Virus record (IMG/VR): IMGVR_UViG_3300044454_000036 | Location: 1 to 39,227 of that record | From: a virus | Taxonomy: Duplodnaviria > Caudoviricetes | Reading direction: 5' to 3' (one strand) | Length of the DNA stretch: 39,227 bases | Shown here: positions 31,792 through 39,227 of the stretch, one piece after another | Numbering within the stretch: the first letter of the stretch is position 1 | How the letters are laid out: every line of letters begins with the position of its first letter | Translations under genes and position numbers: made by a program | The notes under the pieces: model-generated | Databases searched by the model: none | Seen by the model: the letters and a program-made list of their open reading frames with translations, nothing else | Told to the model about the DNA's origin: nothing

Positions 31792-34784
31792 TACTTCGAC
31801 CCTAGGTAGCCAGCCCCGCCAATGGAGGCGTTCGGGTTGTACGTTGGCGCTGGTGCCCTAGGCGCAGCGATGCTGGAGAGTGGGTTGTATCCGATGTTCG
31901 GGATGCTGCCGATATTGGCTGGCGGGACCGCGCTCAAGGGCGCGATGCGCACCGTGCTGATGTCAGCCACGCTCTGGATGCGAGGCATCTGCATCTGCGA
32001 CAGCGAAGGCGTCTTGATGTTGACGTTCGGCTTGATGTTCGGGACGCTGGACACCCCCGGCATGCCCCCGGCAATCTTCACGTCAGGCTGCGGTGGGCCC
32101 TGTGTCGGAGCCCGGTCGGCCATGGCGATGGGGAGTATCTGGTCGGCACGAGGCTCGCTGTTCGGGAATAGCGACCACGGCTTGTCGAGCGAGGAGCCGC
32201 GCCAGATGTTGTTGGCCATCTGCTGCTCGACCTGCGGCTCGACGTACGGCTTGTAGTCGGAGATACCGGCCACGTCTGCCTGCCTCTTCGCGAACTCGTC
32301 CGTCGCCCCATAGAGGACACCAGCGCCCTGCGTGTCGGGCGACATGCCGCTCTTCTTCATCGAGTCGAAGATGGGCAGCAGGCCAGACACCGTGTACGTC
32401 GCGGCCAAGTCATCGGACGATGCGTTGATGTCCTGCTGCGACGTGCTGTTCTGCATGGCCACGTTGACGAACTCGGCAGAAGCCTCTGCGCCGCCCTTCA
32501 ACTCGTCAGGCGTCGTGTTGAAGACGAGGAAGGCAGGGTTGTTGTAGCCCATGTTGTCGAAGTTCGTAGCCGCCACATACTCGGACGCCTGCTGCAGGTT
32601 GCCGCCCAGAGCAGCACGAGCGGCTGGGTCGTTCTGGGCCACGACCGTGGCAGGGGAGGCGGGCGGCGCACCCGCTGCCTGCGTGAACTGCGCGACCACG
32701 CTCTGCAGCGCGGCCTCGTTGGGCACGCCGTTCGTCGTCAGGCCCATCGTCTCCGCTTCGTTGCCGACACGTGGCGAGCCGTCCGGTCGCAGATAGATGG
32801 CCTGCTCAGAGGTGTACGGGATGACGGCCCCAGCCCGCACCCGCAATGACTGCGCGAGCAGGGCGTCGTTCGCCTGTGCGCTGTTCTCGTTGCCCGGCCA
32901 GACCTGCGGGAAGTCCTCGGCGTGCGCCTTGACCCATGCCTCCTTGGCGACCGGGTCGGTCAGGATGCGCTGCCAGTCCTGATTGACGACGGCATCCATC
33001 AGGCGCGTCTCCTGAGTCGCAGACAGGGCTCCCTCCGTTCCCTTCACGGACCCAATCTTCTCGACCAGAGACTCGTAGACCTCGCTGGGGTCATCGCCCC
33101 ACTTCGGCGTGATGACGCCGGGGTTCGAAGCCTCGGCCATCTGGGCAGCGTCCACGGTGACTTGGAAGGTGTTGCCCTTGTCCGTGAGGGTCATGCCGAA
33201 CTCTGGGTTCTCCCACGGGTTGTGGGACACGTATCGGTATGCACCCGGCTGCGCAGGGTCAGGCCCGCCGTAAATCTTCCGGCCACCGACCTGCCAGACG
33301 TAGCCCATCACCTCTTGGTTCAGGCCGACCACCGGCTTGCCCGTGTAGATAGACCCCACCCACTTCCCGCTGGCCATGCGGTGAGGGATGATGATGTCCT
33401 GCCGACCGCTCACACCGGGCAAGCCCGTCTCCGGGTTGACCGGCAGTTCCTCGACCTTGAACTTCATCGACCACGGCTCGCCCAGCGCGGCTCCGACCTC
33501 GCTCGGCTGCGAGGTGAAGCGGATGACGGCGTTCCCGTTGTCGATGAGTTCAAGCGCGTTGTTGGCAGCCAGCGTCTCCTGCCCAAGCGAGAGCAGTTGG
33601 TCAGGCGTGAGCGTGGTGCCGAACATGGTGGACGCGCCTTCGAAGGTGGTCAGGTTCTGGACACCCTCCTTGGTGCCCTCGACCGCCCAGATGACGGCCT
33701 GCACGTAGGCTGCCTCCTGCAGCAGCCCGGCACGCAGCAGGCGCTTGTGGCTGCGCTCCAAGTCCTGCACGAAAGTACCATCACCGCTCAGGAAGTCCTC
33801 GGGGTCGAGCGCCCCGGCACGACCCTCTTCGCCTTTCCTGCTGGCGATGTCCATGCTGCCAGCCCCGCTCCAGATGTCGTAGGAGGTGGCAAGGTCAGCC
33901 TCGATGTCCAACTGGCGAGCGAAGAGCGAGGTGCGCCGCGTGTCGCGGATGGCCTGCTGCTCGCTCCTGATGTACGAGGACATGTCGTAGGGGGCCTTGC
34001 GGTACTCGGCAATCTTCTTCTTGCGAGCAGCGATGGCCACGTCGTCAAGGCGCTTGATGCGGTCCCACGTGATGTTGCCCTTGAAGTCGGGGTATATCTG
34101 CTGGATGCCCTTCTGGATGCCTGCCCAGTCAGGGTCGTTCGTGACGTGCGCATCGAGGAGCGCCTGCAGGTCCCGCGCTTCGAAGACGGTCAGGGCATTG
34201 GGGTCCGTGATGGACTCGCCCGGAAGCAGGAAGCCGTGAGCGACGGCGTAGGCCGTAAGCCCGCCGTAGAACGTCTCGGTGGCCGCGATGTCTTGGTCGA
34301 GAGCGTTGATGCGCTTCATCATGGCCTGATAGTCGAAGGCGCTGCCGCCCCCAGCGCTGCCAGCCTTGGCAGCCTTGGCGAAGTCGCCAGCCGTGGCCAT
34401 CATGTTCCGGTAGTAGGACGAGTTCTTGGGCATCTTCTGGGCCCAGTTGCGGTAGTGCTGCGCCACAGCAGCGGCCCCGATTTGGCCGTTCTTGTAGCGC
34501 ATCATCACTCCCTCGTTGGAGATTTGGAAGCGCAACTGCCAGAGGTCGTTGTCCCACTCCGTGTACTCCGGCTCGTCCTTGTCATAGGAGTTCCGGCGCT
34601 TGCGGTAGTAGGCCGTAATCATCTTGTCGGTGACCGGCTTGCCGTTGTAGGTCCCGCCGTTCGTCCACGCATCGAGGATGTTGCGGTCCTCGGCAGACTG
34701 CCATTGCTCCATCATGGAGACGATTTGAGAGGACAGGTCAGGCGCCGCCGATGGCAGCCGACCGAAGCGACCAGTTCGTGCCAC
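31791..34784 (-). CDS. Putative internal virion/ejection protein (997 aa)
   Basis: Between the portal and the giant gene; helical N-terminal half, Gly linker, Pro-rich low-complexity tail; GGGGA RBS with GTG. Confidence 0.65.
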   Translation of the reverse strand: MARTGRFGRLPSAAPDLSSQIVSMMEQWQSAEDRNILDAWTNGGTYNGKPVTDKMITAYYRKRRNSYDKDEPEYTEWDNDLWQLRFQISNEGVMMRYKNGQIGAAAVAQHYRNWAQKMPKNSSYYRNMMATAGDFAKAAKAGSAGGGSAFDYQAMMKRINALDQDIAATETFYGGLTAYAVAHGFLLPGESITDPNALTVFEARDLQALLDAHVTNDPDWAGIQKGIQQIYPDFKGNITWDRIKRLDDVAIAARKKKIAEYRKAPYDMSSYIRSEQQAIRDTRRTSLFARQLDIEADLATSYDIWSGAGSMDIASRKGEEGRAGALDPEDFLSGDGTFVQDLERSHKRLLRAGLLQEAAYVQAVIWAVEGTKEGVQNLTTFEGASTMFGTTLTPDQLLSLGQETLAANNALELIDNGNAVIRFTSQPSEVGAALGEPWSMKFKVEELPVNPETGLPGVSGRQDIIIPHRMASGKWVGSIYTGKPVVGLNQEVMGYVWQVGGRKIYGGPDPAQPGAYRYVSHNPWENPEFGMTLTDKGNTFQVTVDAAQMAEASNPGVITPKWGDDPSEVYESLVEKIGSVKGTEGALSATQETRLMDAVVNQDWQRILTDPVAKEAWVKAHAEDFPQVWPGNENSAQANDALLAQSLRVRAGAVIPYTSEQAIYLRPDGSPRVGNEAETMGLTTNGVPNEAALQSVVAQFTQAAGAPPASPATVVAQNDPAARAALGGNLQQASEYVAATNFDNMGYNNPAFLVFNTTPDELKGGAEASAEFVNVAMQNSTSQQDINASSDDLAATYTVSGLLPIFDSMKKSGMSPDTQGAGVLYGATDEFAKRQADVAGISDYKPYVEPQVEQQMANNIWRGSSLDKPWSLFPNSEPRADQILPIAMADRAPTQGPPQPDVKIAGGMPGVSSVPNIKPNVNIKTPSLSQMQMPRIQSVADISTVRIAPLSAVPPANIGSIPNIGYNPLSSIAAPRAPAPTYNPNASIGGAGYLGSK

Positions 34785-34792
34785 CTAATCCC

Positions 34793-36814
34793 CTACGCTG
34801 CGGGGGGAGGGCCGATGGGCTGCTGGAGCAGCAGCCGGTTGGACACCTCTCCGTCCTTGACCATGTTCTGGCTGACGGCGTTGTAGCCGGGCCCGGTCAT
34901 GGGTGCGCCACCGGGGACCGGAGCGCCGGGTGTCAGGCCCTCAGGAGGCATGATGCCCTGCTCACCAGCCCCGTTCAGCATGGGCATGCCACCCGGAGCC
35001 ATCTGCTGGGCCTGCGCTGCCAACTGCGGCAGCGGGCCACCCTGACTCGGTGGCGCTGCGCCAGCCGGGCCACCCATCTGAGCCTGCATCTCCTGCGCCG
35101 TCATCTGCATCTGCTGCAGTTGAGCCGCGAGCGCGGCCTGCACCTGCACATCGGCGGCGAAGAGGCTGGCATCCGTGCGCTCTTCCTTGACCGTGTCGAT
35201 TTCAGCCTCGGGGTCTTCGACGCCGACAGCATCCATGCCCCGGCGCAGCGACCACAACTTGGCGTTCACGTTGTTGGCAGCCATGGTGGACGTTTCGATT
35301 TCGTCGCGTGGGGTCAATGAGGGGGCCTTGACGGTCAGGCGAGAAGCCTGAGCGAAGGCGAGGCCGAGGTCTTCGTTGAACTCGGACCAGACCTGCACGA
35401 CCATGTCCCAGATGTTGCGGCGCCACAGGTAGAAGAGGTCACGCTTGATGCGGATGCGGGCCTCGTAGTTCGCTACCAGAGCGTTGATGGCCTTTCCGCT
35501 CGACAGTACCTGTGCGGGTGCCAGACCACGCAGGAGGTCGTTGAGTCCGCTGACATCCACCAACTCCCTGTCGATGCGGTCGAGGTAGTCCTGCCATTGG
35601 AACTCGGGCATCCACGGTTCAATCTTCTCGATGCGGTTACCAGCACCGGGGGCGATGACCTTGTCAGCCTTTGGGGCCACGTCCGGGGGAACCCGGTCTG
35701 GGGCCTCGGGCCCGACCAACTGCCAGAACTGCCCGCTGACGGCCTTCGCGACCATCTGCGCCCCGGCGCTGAGACGTTCGTCCTTCTCACGGATGAGTTG
35801 TTCGATGTCGAAGAACTCCGACCGCCCATCGGGCACGCCGGGGATGTACGTGTTGAAGACCGGGATGAAGGGCATCTTGCCCCCGTACTCCGGGTGGTCT
35901 ACGTGTCGCACGATGGCGTTGCCCACCATGATGCAGTTCCACGTCACCATCTCGGTGGGCTCACCCCGCTTGGGCGTGTCCTTGGGGACCTTGTACCAGT
36001 AGTCGATGACCTCGACCATGCTCGCGTCATCGCCAGCCAGCCAGTCGCGTGTCGGGCCTGAAGCCGTATACAACTCACGCTGCCCGGCAGGCTTGACGTA
36101 CGGGGCCCCCTCCACGTCCATGTCCACTTCCACGCCGTACTCTTCAAGAGCGGTCTGCGCATGGACGCGCTTGGCGTAGACGCACCAGTCCAGACGGGTG
36201 TAGTCGGTCGAGGAGAAGCCCATCCAGAGGTTGCGCGGCTGGTCGATGATGGCCACCTGCGGCATGTCCTGCTCGTCATCCCACCAGACCTTCGCAGCGG
36301 TGCGGCCATAGAGCGCCTTGGTCGTCGCCGCCTTGTGCGACTTGACTTCGAAGTCCGTCTCTTCCTTCCACGCGAAGTAGACGCGCTCGACCGCAGCGGC
36401 CAGTTCCCGGTTCTGCTCCTGACGAGGGTCAGCGGGAGCGATGTTCTCGATAGGGGGCACGGACTGCAGGGAGGCCGGGATGTCCACGTAGGCCGGGTAG
36501 ACGTTGACGCTGACGTGCGCTCGTCCGGGGAGGCGCAGGTTCGGGTCGCCGGGCCAATGGTCCGCGCCGTACTGCGTGATGGTGTCCGGGTAGTAGAGGT
36601 TGTCCCAGCGCTGGCACAGGTCCGCGAAGCGGGACATCTCTGCCGACTTGGTGTCCATGCGGTCGGCAATCTGGTTGAGCATCTTCGCCGCCGCCTCGTC
36701 CCCCATCGAGGCTGCCCTCTTGGCGTTGCGCCTACGAGAGGACGTTCGCTCTTCTCGCTCGTCTTCGTCGTCACGCCTGCGCTGCGTCAGGCTCGGGTAC
36801 TCAGCGAGGGTCAT
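34793..36814 (-). CDS. Portal protein (P22/podovirus-like) with long Gln/Pro/Gly C-terminal tail
   Basis: Follows the terminase; YGR...KV.W, H..YGG.MPF...N..PG.P.G.SE..DI..L..E, SG......G......SG.AI..L. Confidence 0.88.
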   Translation of the reverse strand: MTLAEYPSLTQRRRDDEDEREERTSSRRRNAKRAASMGDEAAAKMLNQIADRMDTKSAEMSRFADLCQRWDNLYYPDTITQYGADHWPGDPNLRLPGRAHVSVNVYPAYVDIPASLQSVPPIENIAPADPRQEQNRELAAAVERVYFAWKEETDFEVKSHKAATTKALYGRTAAKVWWDDEQDMPQVAIIDQPRNLWMGFSSTDYTRLDWCVYAKRVHAQTALEEYGVEVDMDVEGAPYVKPAGQRELYTASGPTRDWLAGDDASMVEVIDYWYKVPKDTPKRGEPTEMVTWNCIMVGNAIVRHVDHPEYGGKMPFIPVFNTYIPGVPDGRSEFFDIEQLIREKDERLSAGAQMVAKAVSGQFWQLVGPEAPDRVPPDVAPKADKVIAPGAGNRIEKIEPWMPEFQWQDYLDRIDRELVDVSGLNDLLRGLAPAQVLSSGKAINALVANYEARIRIKRDLFYLWRRNIWDMVVQVWSEFNEDLGLAFAQASRLTVKAPSLTPRDEIETSTMAANNVNAKLWSLRRGMDAVGVEDPEAEIDTVKEERTDASLFAADVQVQAALAAQLQQMQMTAQEMQAQMGGPAGAAPPSQGGPLPQLAAQAQQMAPGGMPMLNGAGEQGIMPPEGLTPGAPVPGGAPMTGPGYNAVSQNMVKDGEVSNRLLLQQPIGPPPAA

Positions 36815-36829
36815 ATCGGCAGCGTATCA
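36815..36829 (-). promoter_or_regulatory. Extended -10 promoter, probably producing a leaderless portal mRNA
   Basis: TGaTACGCT lies 6 nt upstream of the portal ATG; no SD present. Confidence 0.55.
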
Positions 36830-36867
36830 CGTGGGGCGTATAGGACGCACGGCGTCGTGACGGAAAT

Positions 36868-36905
36868 CGCAGTACTAGTTCTCTCACAGGAGAACTAGTA
36901 CTGCG
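36868..36905. terminator. Perfect 16-bp inverted repeat over the terminase stop codon
   Basis: CGCAGTACTAGTTCTC-TCACAG-GAGAACTAGTACTGCG; followed by ATTT on the - strand. Confidence 0.65.
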
Positions 36906-38499
36906 CCGAGATAGCACGCTCGATGCGGCGCCGTAGTCGATAAGTGACCCACTCGTCCTCGGTCTTGGCCTTCTCCTTCAAGACCTCGTTGCCCTCCTCA
37001 TCGAGGGGTGGCTCCCAGAAGTCGAAGGGGGCCGTGTCCTTGGCGTTGGCCATGTCGCGCATGAGTTGCTTGGTCGCGACCGCCAGCGCCATCACGGCGT
37101 CCTGCTCAATCTTGCGGTCGTCCAGCACGTAGGCCAGTAGTTGCCTGCGCAACTGCAGCCACACGCCCGCTCGTGGGAAGCGCAGACGGCCCTGCTCGAT
37201 GAGGCCCTTGAGGTCGGTCAGGAGGCGCATCTTCTGCTTCTTCGTGCCGCCGAACTCGACGCCCCGGAAGGGGTGCAGGTCGCCCAGCAGTTCCTTGAAG
37301 ACCTTGCCGCCCATGCCCGTCACGTCCACCGCCGTCTCGCAAGACGCACCGTCGCCCGTGTACGAGCGGTGTGTGCTGACCACCATGGCTGCCACGTCAA
37401 CGACCTTCTGCTTGCCCTCTCGACGGGTGGCACGCACGCCCTCGGCTCGTCCATCGACGGTGCCATCGAGGACGATGCTCCACGTGGCGTCGTAGACGGC
37501 GGCTGGGTCAACGCCTTGGATGTAGCGGTGCGCTGGCTCACGGGGGCGCTCCTCTGGGATACCGGCCACGAACATGGCATCCACGGCGCGAGCATCGAAG
37601 AACGCCGTGCGCCCTTGGATGAAGCGACCGTCGATGTTCTGGGGGATGAGGTGCGGAGGGATACCCCGCACGAGGCGGTCGAAGATGTCCTGCTCGATGC
37701 CGTACCCGATGTTGTCCCTCGTACTCATGTAGAAGGAGATGCGGTCTGGCTCGCGCAGCGGGTTGTCAGGGTCGCCTCGCTTGAACTCGTCAGAGAACTC
37801 CGTGAAGCCCTCGCTCGGCGTGCTGATGAACCACATCGGCCCGCCCGTGCTGAGACGGCGGTTGTGCAGCACCTCGTTGACGATGAACGAGAAGTTGCGT
37901 TCGAAGCCGCACTCATCGAAGGAGATGCCGTTCATGTCCTTGCCCAGCGAGCCCACGCCTCGCTCTGCCGTGGTGCGAAAGTGGATTTCACCGCCGCCCA
38001 GCACCGGGTCGAACTGCACCCAGCGGTACTCTCCGCGCTCCTTCTGGTCGTACTTGGCGATGGGCCCCAGCGAGTCGGTCAGGGGGCAGCCGTGCTTGCG
38101 CTGCGCCTCATGCGTGCCCTCAAGCAGCGAGACGATGTTGTGCCACAGCAACTCGCCAATCTCCTGCTGGATGCCGAAGTGGTACCAGTTGTAGGGCAGG
38201 CGGCTGAAGCGGTCCAACTCCACGGAGTCGAGAGCGTCAGGCGGTCGCAGGCCCATCTTGAAGAGGACGTGATGCGACACGGCGATGGCGATGGCGAGCG
38301 TCTTCCCGGCTCGGTTCCCGGCGCTGATGGAGACGGTCAGCCAGTAGGGCCGGAAGGCCGTCTGGTCGCGCATGAGCATCTGCGTCCAGATGCGCTCCTG
38401 ACCGGGGTGCGGCTCGATGCCCAGCAGGCGGGCGTAGCCAGCGATGTCCCAGCGCGTCTTCGCGAGGCTGTCCGGGGTGACCGCCTTCTGGATGGCTAT
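36895..38499 (-). CDS. terL: Terminase large subunit
   Basis: Walker A AGNRAGKT, Walker B ISFDECG, ISTP coupling motif, RNase H acidic residues GVDPA..DA, VDVTGMG, QDAVMA; frame open upstream to ATA 38499 and includes PHPGQ. Confidence 0.92.
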   Translation of the reverse strand: MAIQKAVTPDSLAKTRWDIAGYARLLGIEPHPGQERIWTQMLMRDQTAFRPYWLTVSISAGNRAGKTLAIAIAVSHHVLFKMGLRPPDALDSVELDRFSRLPYNWYHFGIQQEIGELLWHNIVSLLEGTHEAQRKHGCPLTDSLGPIAKYDQKERGEYRWVQFDPVLGGGEIHFRTTAERGVGSLGKDMNGISFDECGFERNFSFIVNEVLHNRRLSTGGPMWFISTPSEGFTEFSDEFKRGDPDNPLREPDRISFYMSTRDNIGYGIEQDIFDRLVRGIPPHLIPQNIDGRFIQGRTAFFDARAVDAMFVAGIPEERPREPAHRYIQGVDPAAVYDATWSIVLDGTVDGRAEGVRATRREGKQKVVDVAAMVVSTHRSYTGDGASCETAVDVTGMGGKVFKELLGDLHPFRGVEFGGTKKQKMRLLTDLKGLIEQGRLRFPRAGVWLQLRRQLLAYVLDDRKIEQDAVMALAVATKQLMRDMANAKDTAPFDFWEPPLDEEGNEVLKEKAKTEDEWVTYRLRRRIERAISAQY

Positions 38500-38720
38500 T
38501 GGTCGTCCTCGCCTTCCTCTTCGCCCGTGAACTCGTAGACGGTGGGCTCAAAGAACATGACGGTCATGACCGTCTTCTCGCCCCAGTCGATTTCGAGTTC
38601 CTTGCCCTCGGCCTCCTCGTACGTCTCCACCAGACTGAGGAAGACCTCTTCGGTCATGAGGACGAGGCGCGTGCCCTCCTCTTCGCCGCCACGCTCACCG
38701 GACTCGCGGATGGTCACCAT
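38496..38720 (-). CDS. Small acidic protein (74 aa)
   Basis: AGGGGG RBS; Glu-rich; overlaps both neighbours. Confidence 0.7.
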   Translation of the reverse strand: MVTIRESGERGGEEEGTRLVLMTEEVFLSLVETYEEAEGKELEIDWGEKTVMTVMFFEPTVYEFTGEEEGEDDQ

Positions 38721-39227
38721 GGTGTCCCCCTACTGACTGGGTAGTACTCGTTGTTGTAGCGCTGGACCGCCTGCTCGTGACGGCGCTGCGCACCCTTGAG
38801 GTTCTTGACGCCCTTCTTGTAGCGCGTCTCAGCGCCCTCCAGCCGCTGGCGCTGTGACTCGTATCCCTGCACGCCGCGCTCGTGCTGCGCGGACATCGAC
38901 TCCAAGACGTTCGTCTCGGTCTTGTACGCACGCCGGTACTGCCTGCCAGCCACGCGCTTGTCGTGCCGGATGGCCTGACGAGCCTCGCGGGTCGGGGCGG
39001 TCGAGAGAGCGTTGATGTAGGACTGCCGCCTCGCGGCGTACTTGGCGTTCAACTGCTGGATGGCTGCCTGCTGCGCGGCAATCTGCTGCGCCAGCCCCTG
39101 CAGCCCCTGCGCGTTGCCTTGGATGGACCGGCCTAGGTTCTCGTAGCCAGCGGCACGAGCCACCGTGCGAGCCTCCCACGACTTGAGCGCGAAGGCGGTC
39201 GTGCGCACGGCACGCTTCAACTGCACG
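38714..39227 (-). CDS. Coiled-coil protein, 5'-partial
   Basis: Open to the window edge; Q/A/R-rich heptads. Confidence 0.7.
   Translation of the reverse strand, partial: VQLKRAVRTTAFALKSWEARTVARAAGYENLGRSIQGNAQGLQGLAQQIAAQQAAIQQLNAKYAARRQSYINALSTAPTREARQAIRHDKRVAGRQYRRAYKTETNVLESMSAQHERGVQGYESQRQRLEGAETRYKKGVKNLKGAQRRHEQAVQRYNNEYYPVSRGTPW

Noticed and set aside
32922-34886. 654-aa + strand ORF, and similar long antisense ORFs (12472-13716, 17596-19035, 24940-25893, 37141-38538)
   Set aside because: Antisense shadows of GC3-biased genes; no RBS and no recognisable motifs
38496-39227. Small terminase candidates upstream of terL
   Set aside because: No HTH or TerS-like motif recognisable in the 74-aa or the partial coiled-coil protein
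1-39227. Prophage or integration module, or alternative genetic code
   Set aside because: No integrase, att site or host genes in the window; genes tile fully under code 11 using all three stop codons

Overview
This window is most of the genome of a GC-rich tailed dsDNA phage (Caudoviricetes), with two convergent arms meeting at about 9.2 kb. The + strand (1-9215) carries early, recombination and replication genes: small membrane and Zn-finger proteins, an HNH endonuclease, RusA, a PD-(D/E)XK exonuclease with a Rad52/Sak-type annealase, a SLOG/DUF2493 protein, an AEP primase-polymerase and an AAA_25/RepA-type helicase. The - strand (9302-39227) carries the late genes in this order: terminase large subunit, portal, two large probable ejection proteins (997 and 2402 aa), scaffold, N4-gp56-like major capsid protein, adaptor, Dit-like and Tal-like tail proteins, FN3/CBM receptor-binding proteins, a C39-like endolysin, holins, a PASTA-domain protein and two very basic proteins. 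The host is probably a high-GC monoderm (Actinomycetota- or Chloroflexota-like; inference). I saw no integrase, tRNA or CRISPR array. The most notable observations are: (1) an overprinted acidic gene with its own RBS inside the giant polyvalent protein gene; (2) a candidate anti-Shine-Dalgarno sRNA complementary to many early-gene start regions; (3) a podovirus-like head and ejection module paired with siphovirus-like Dit/Tal but no tail tube or tape measure; (4) a possible -1 frameshift fusing primase and helicase; (5) an apparent ATA start for the terminase; (6) strong avoidance of GATC, AGCT and CCWGG. All family calls come from motif recognition by eye, not database searches.
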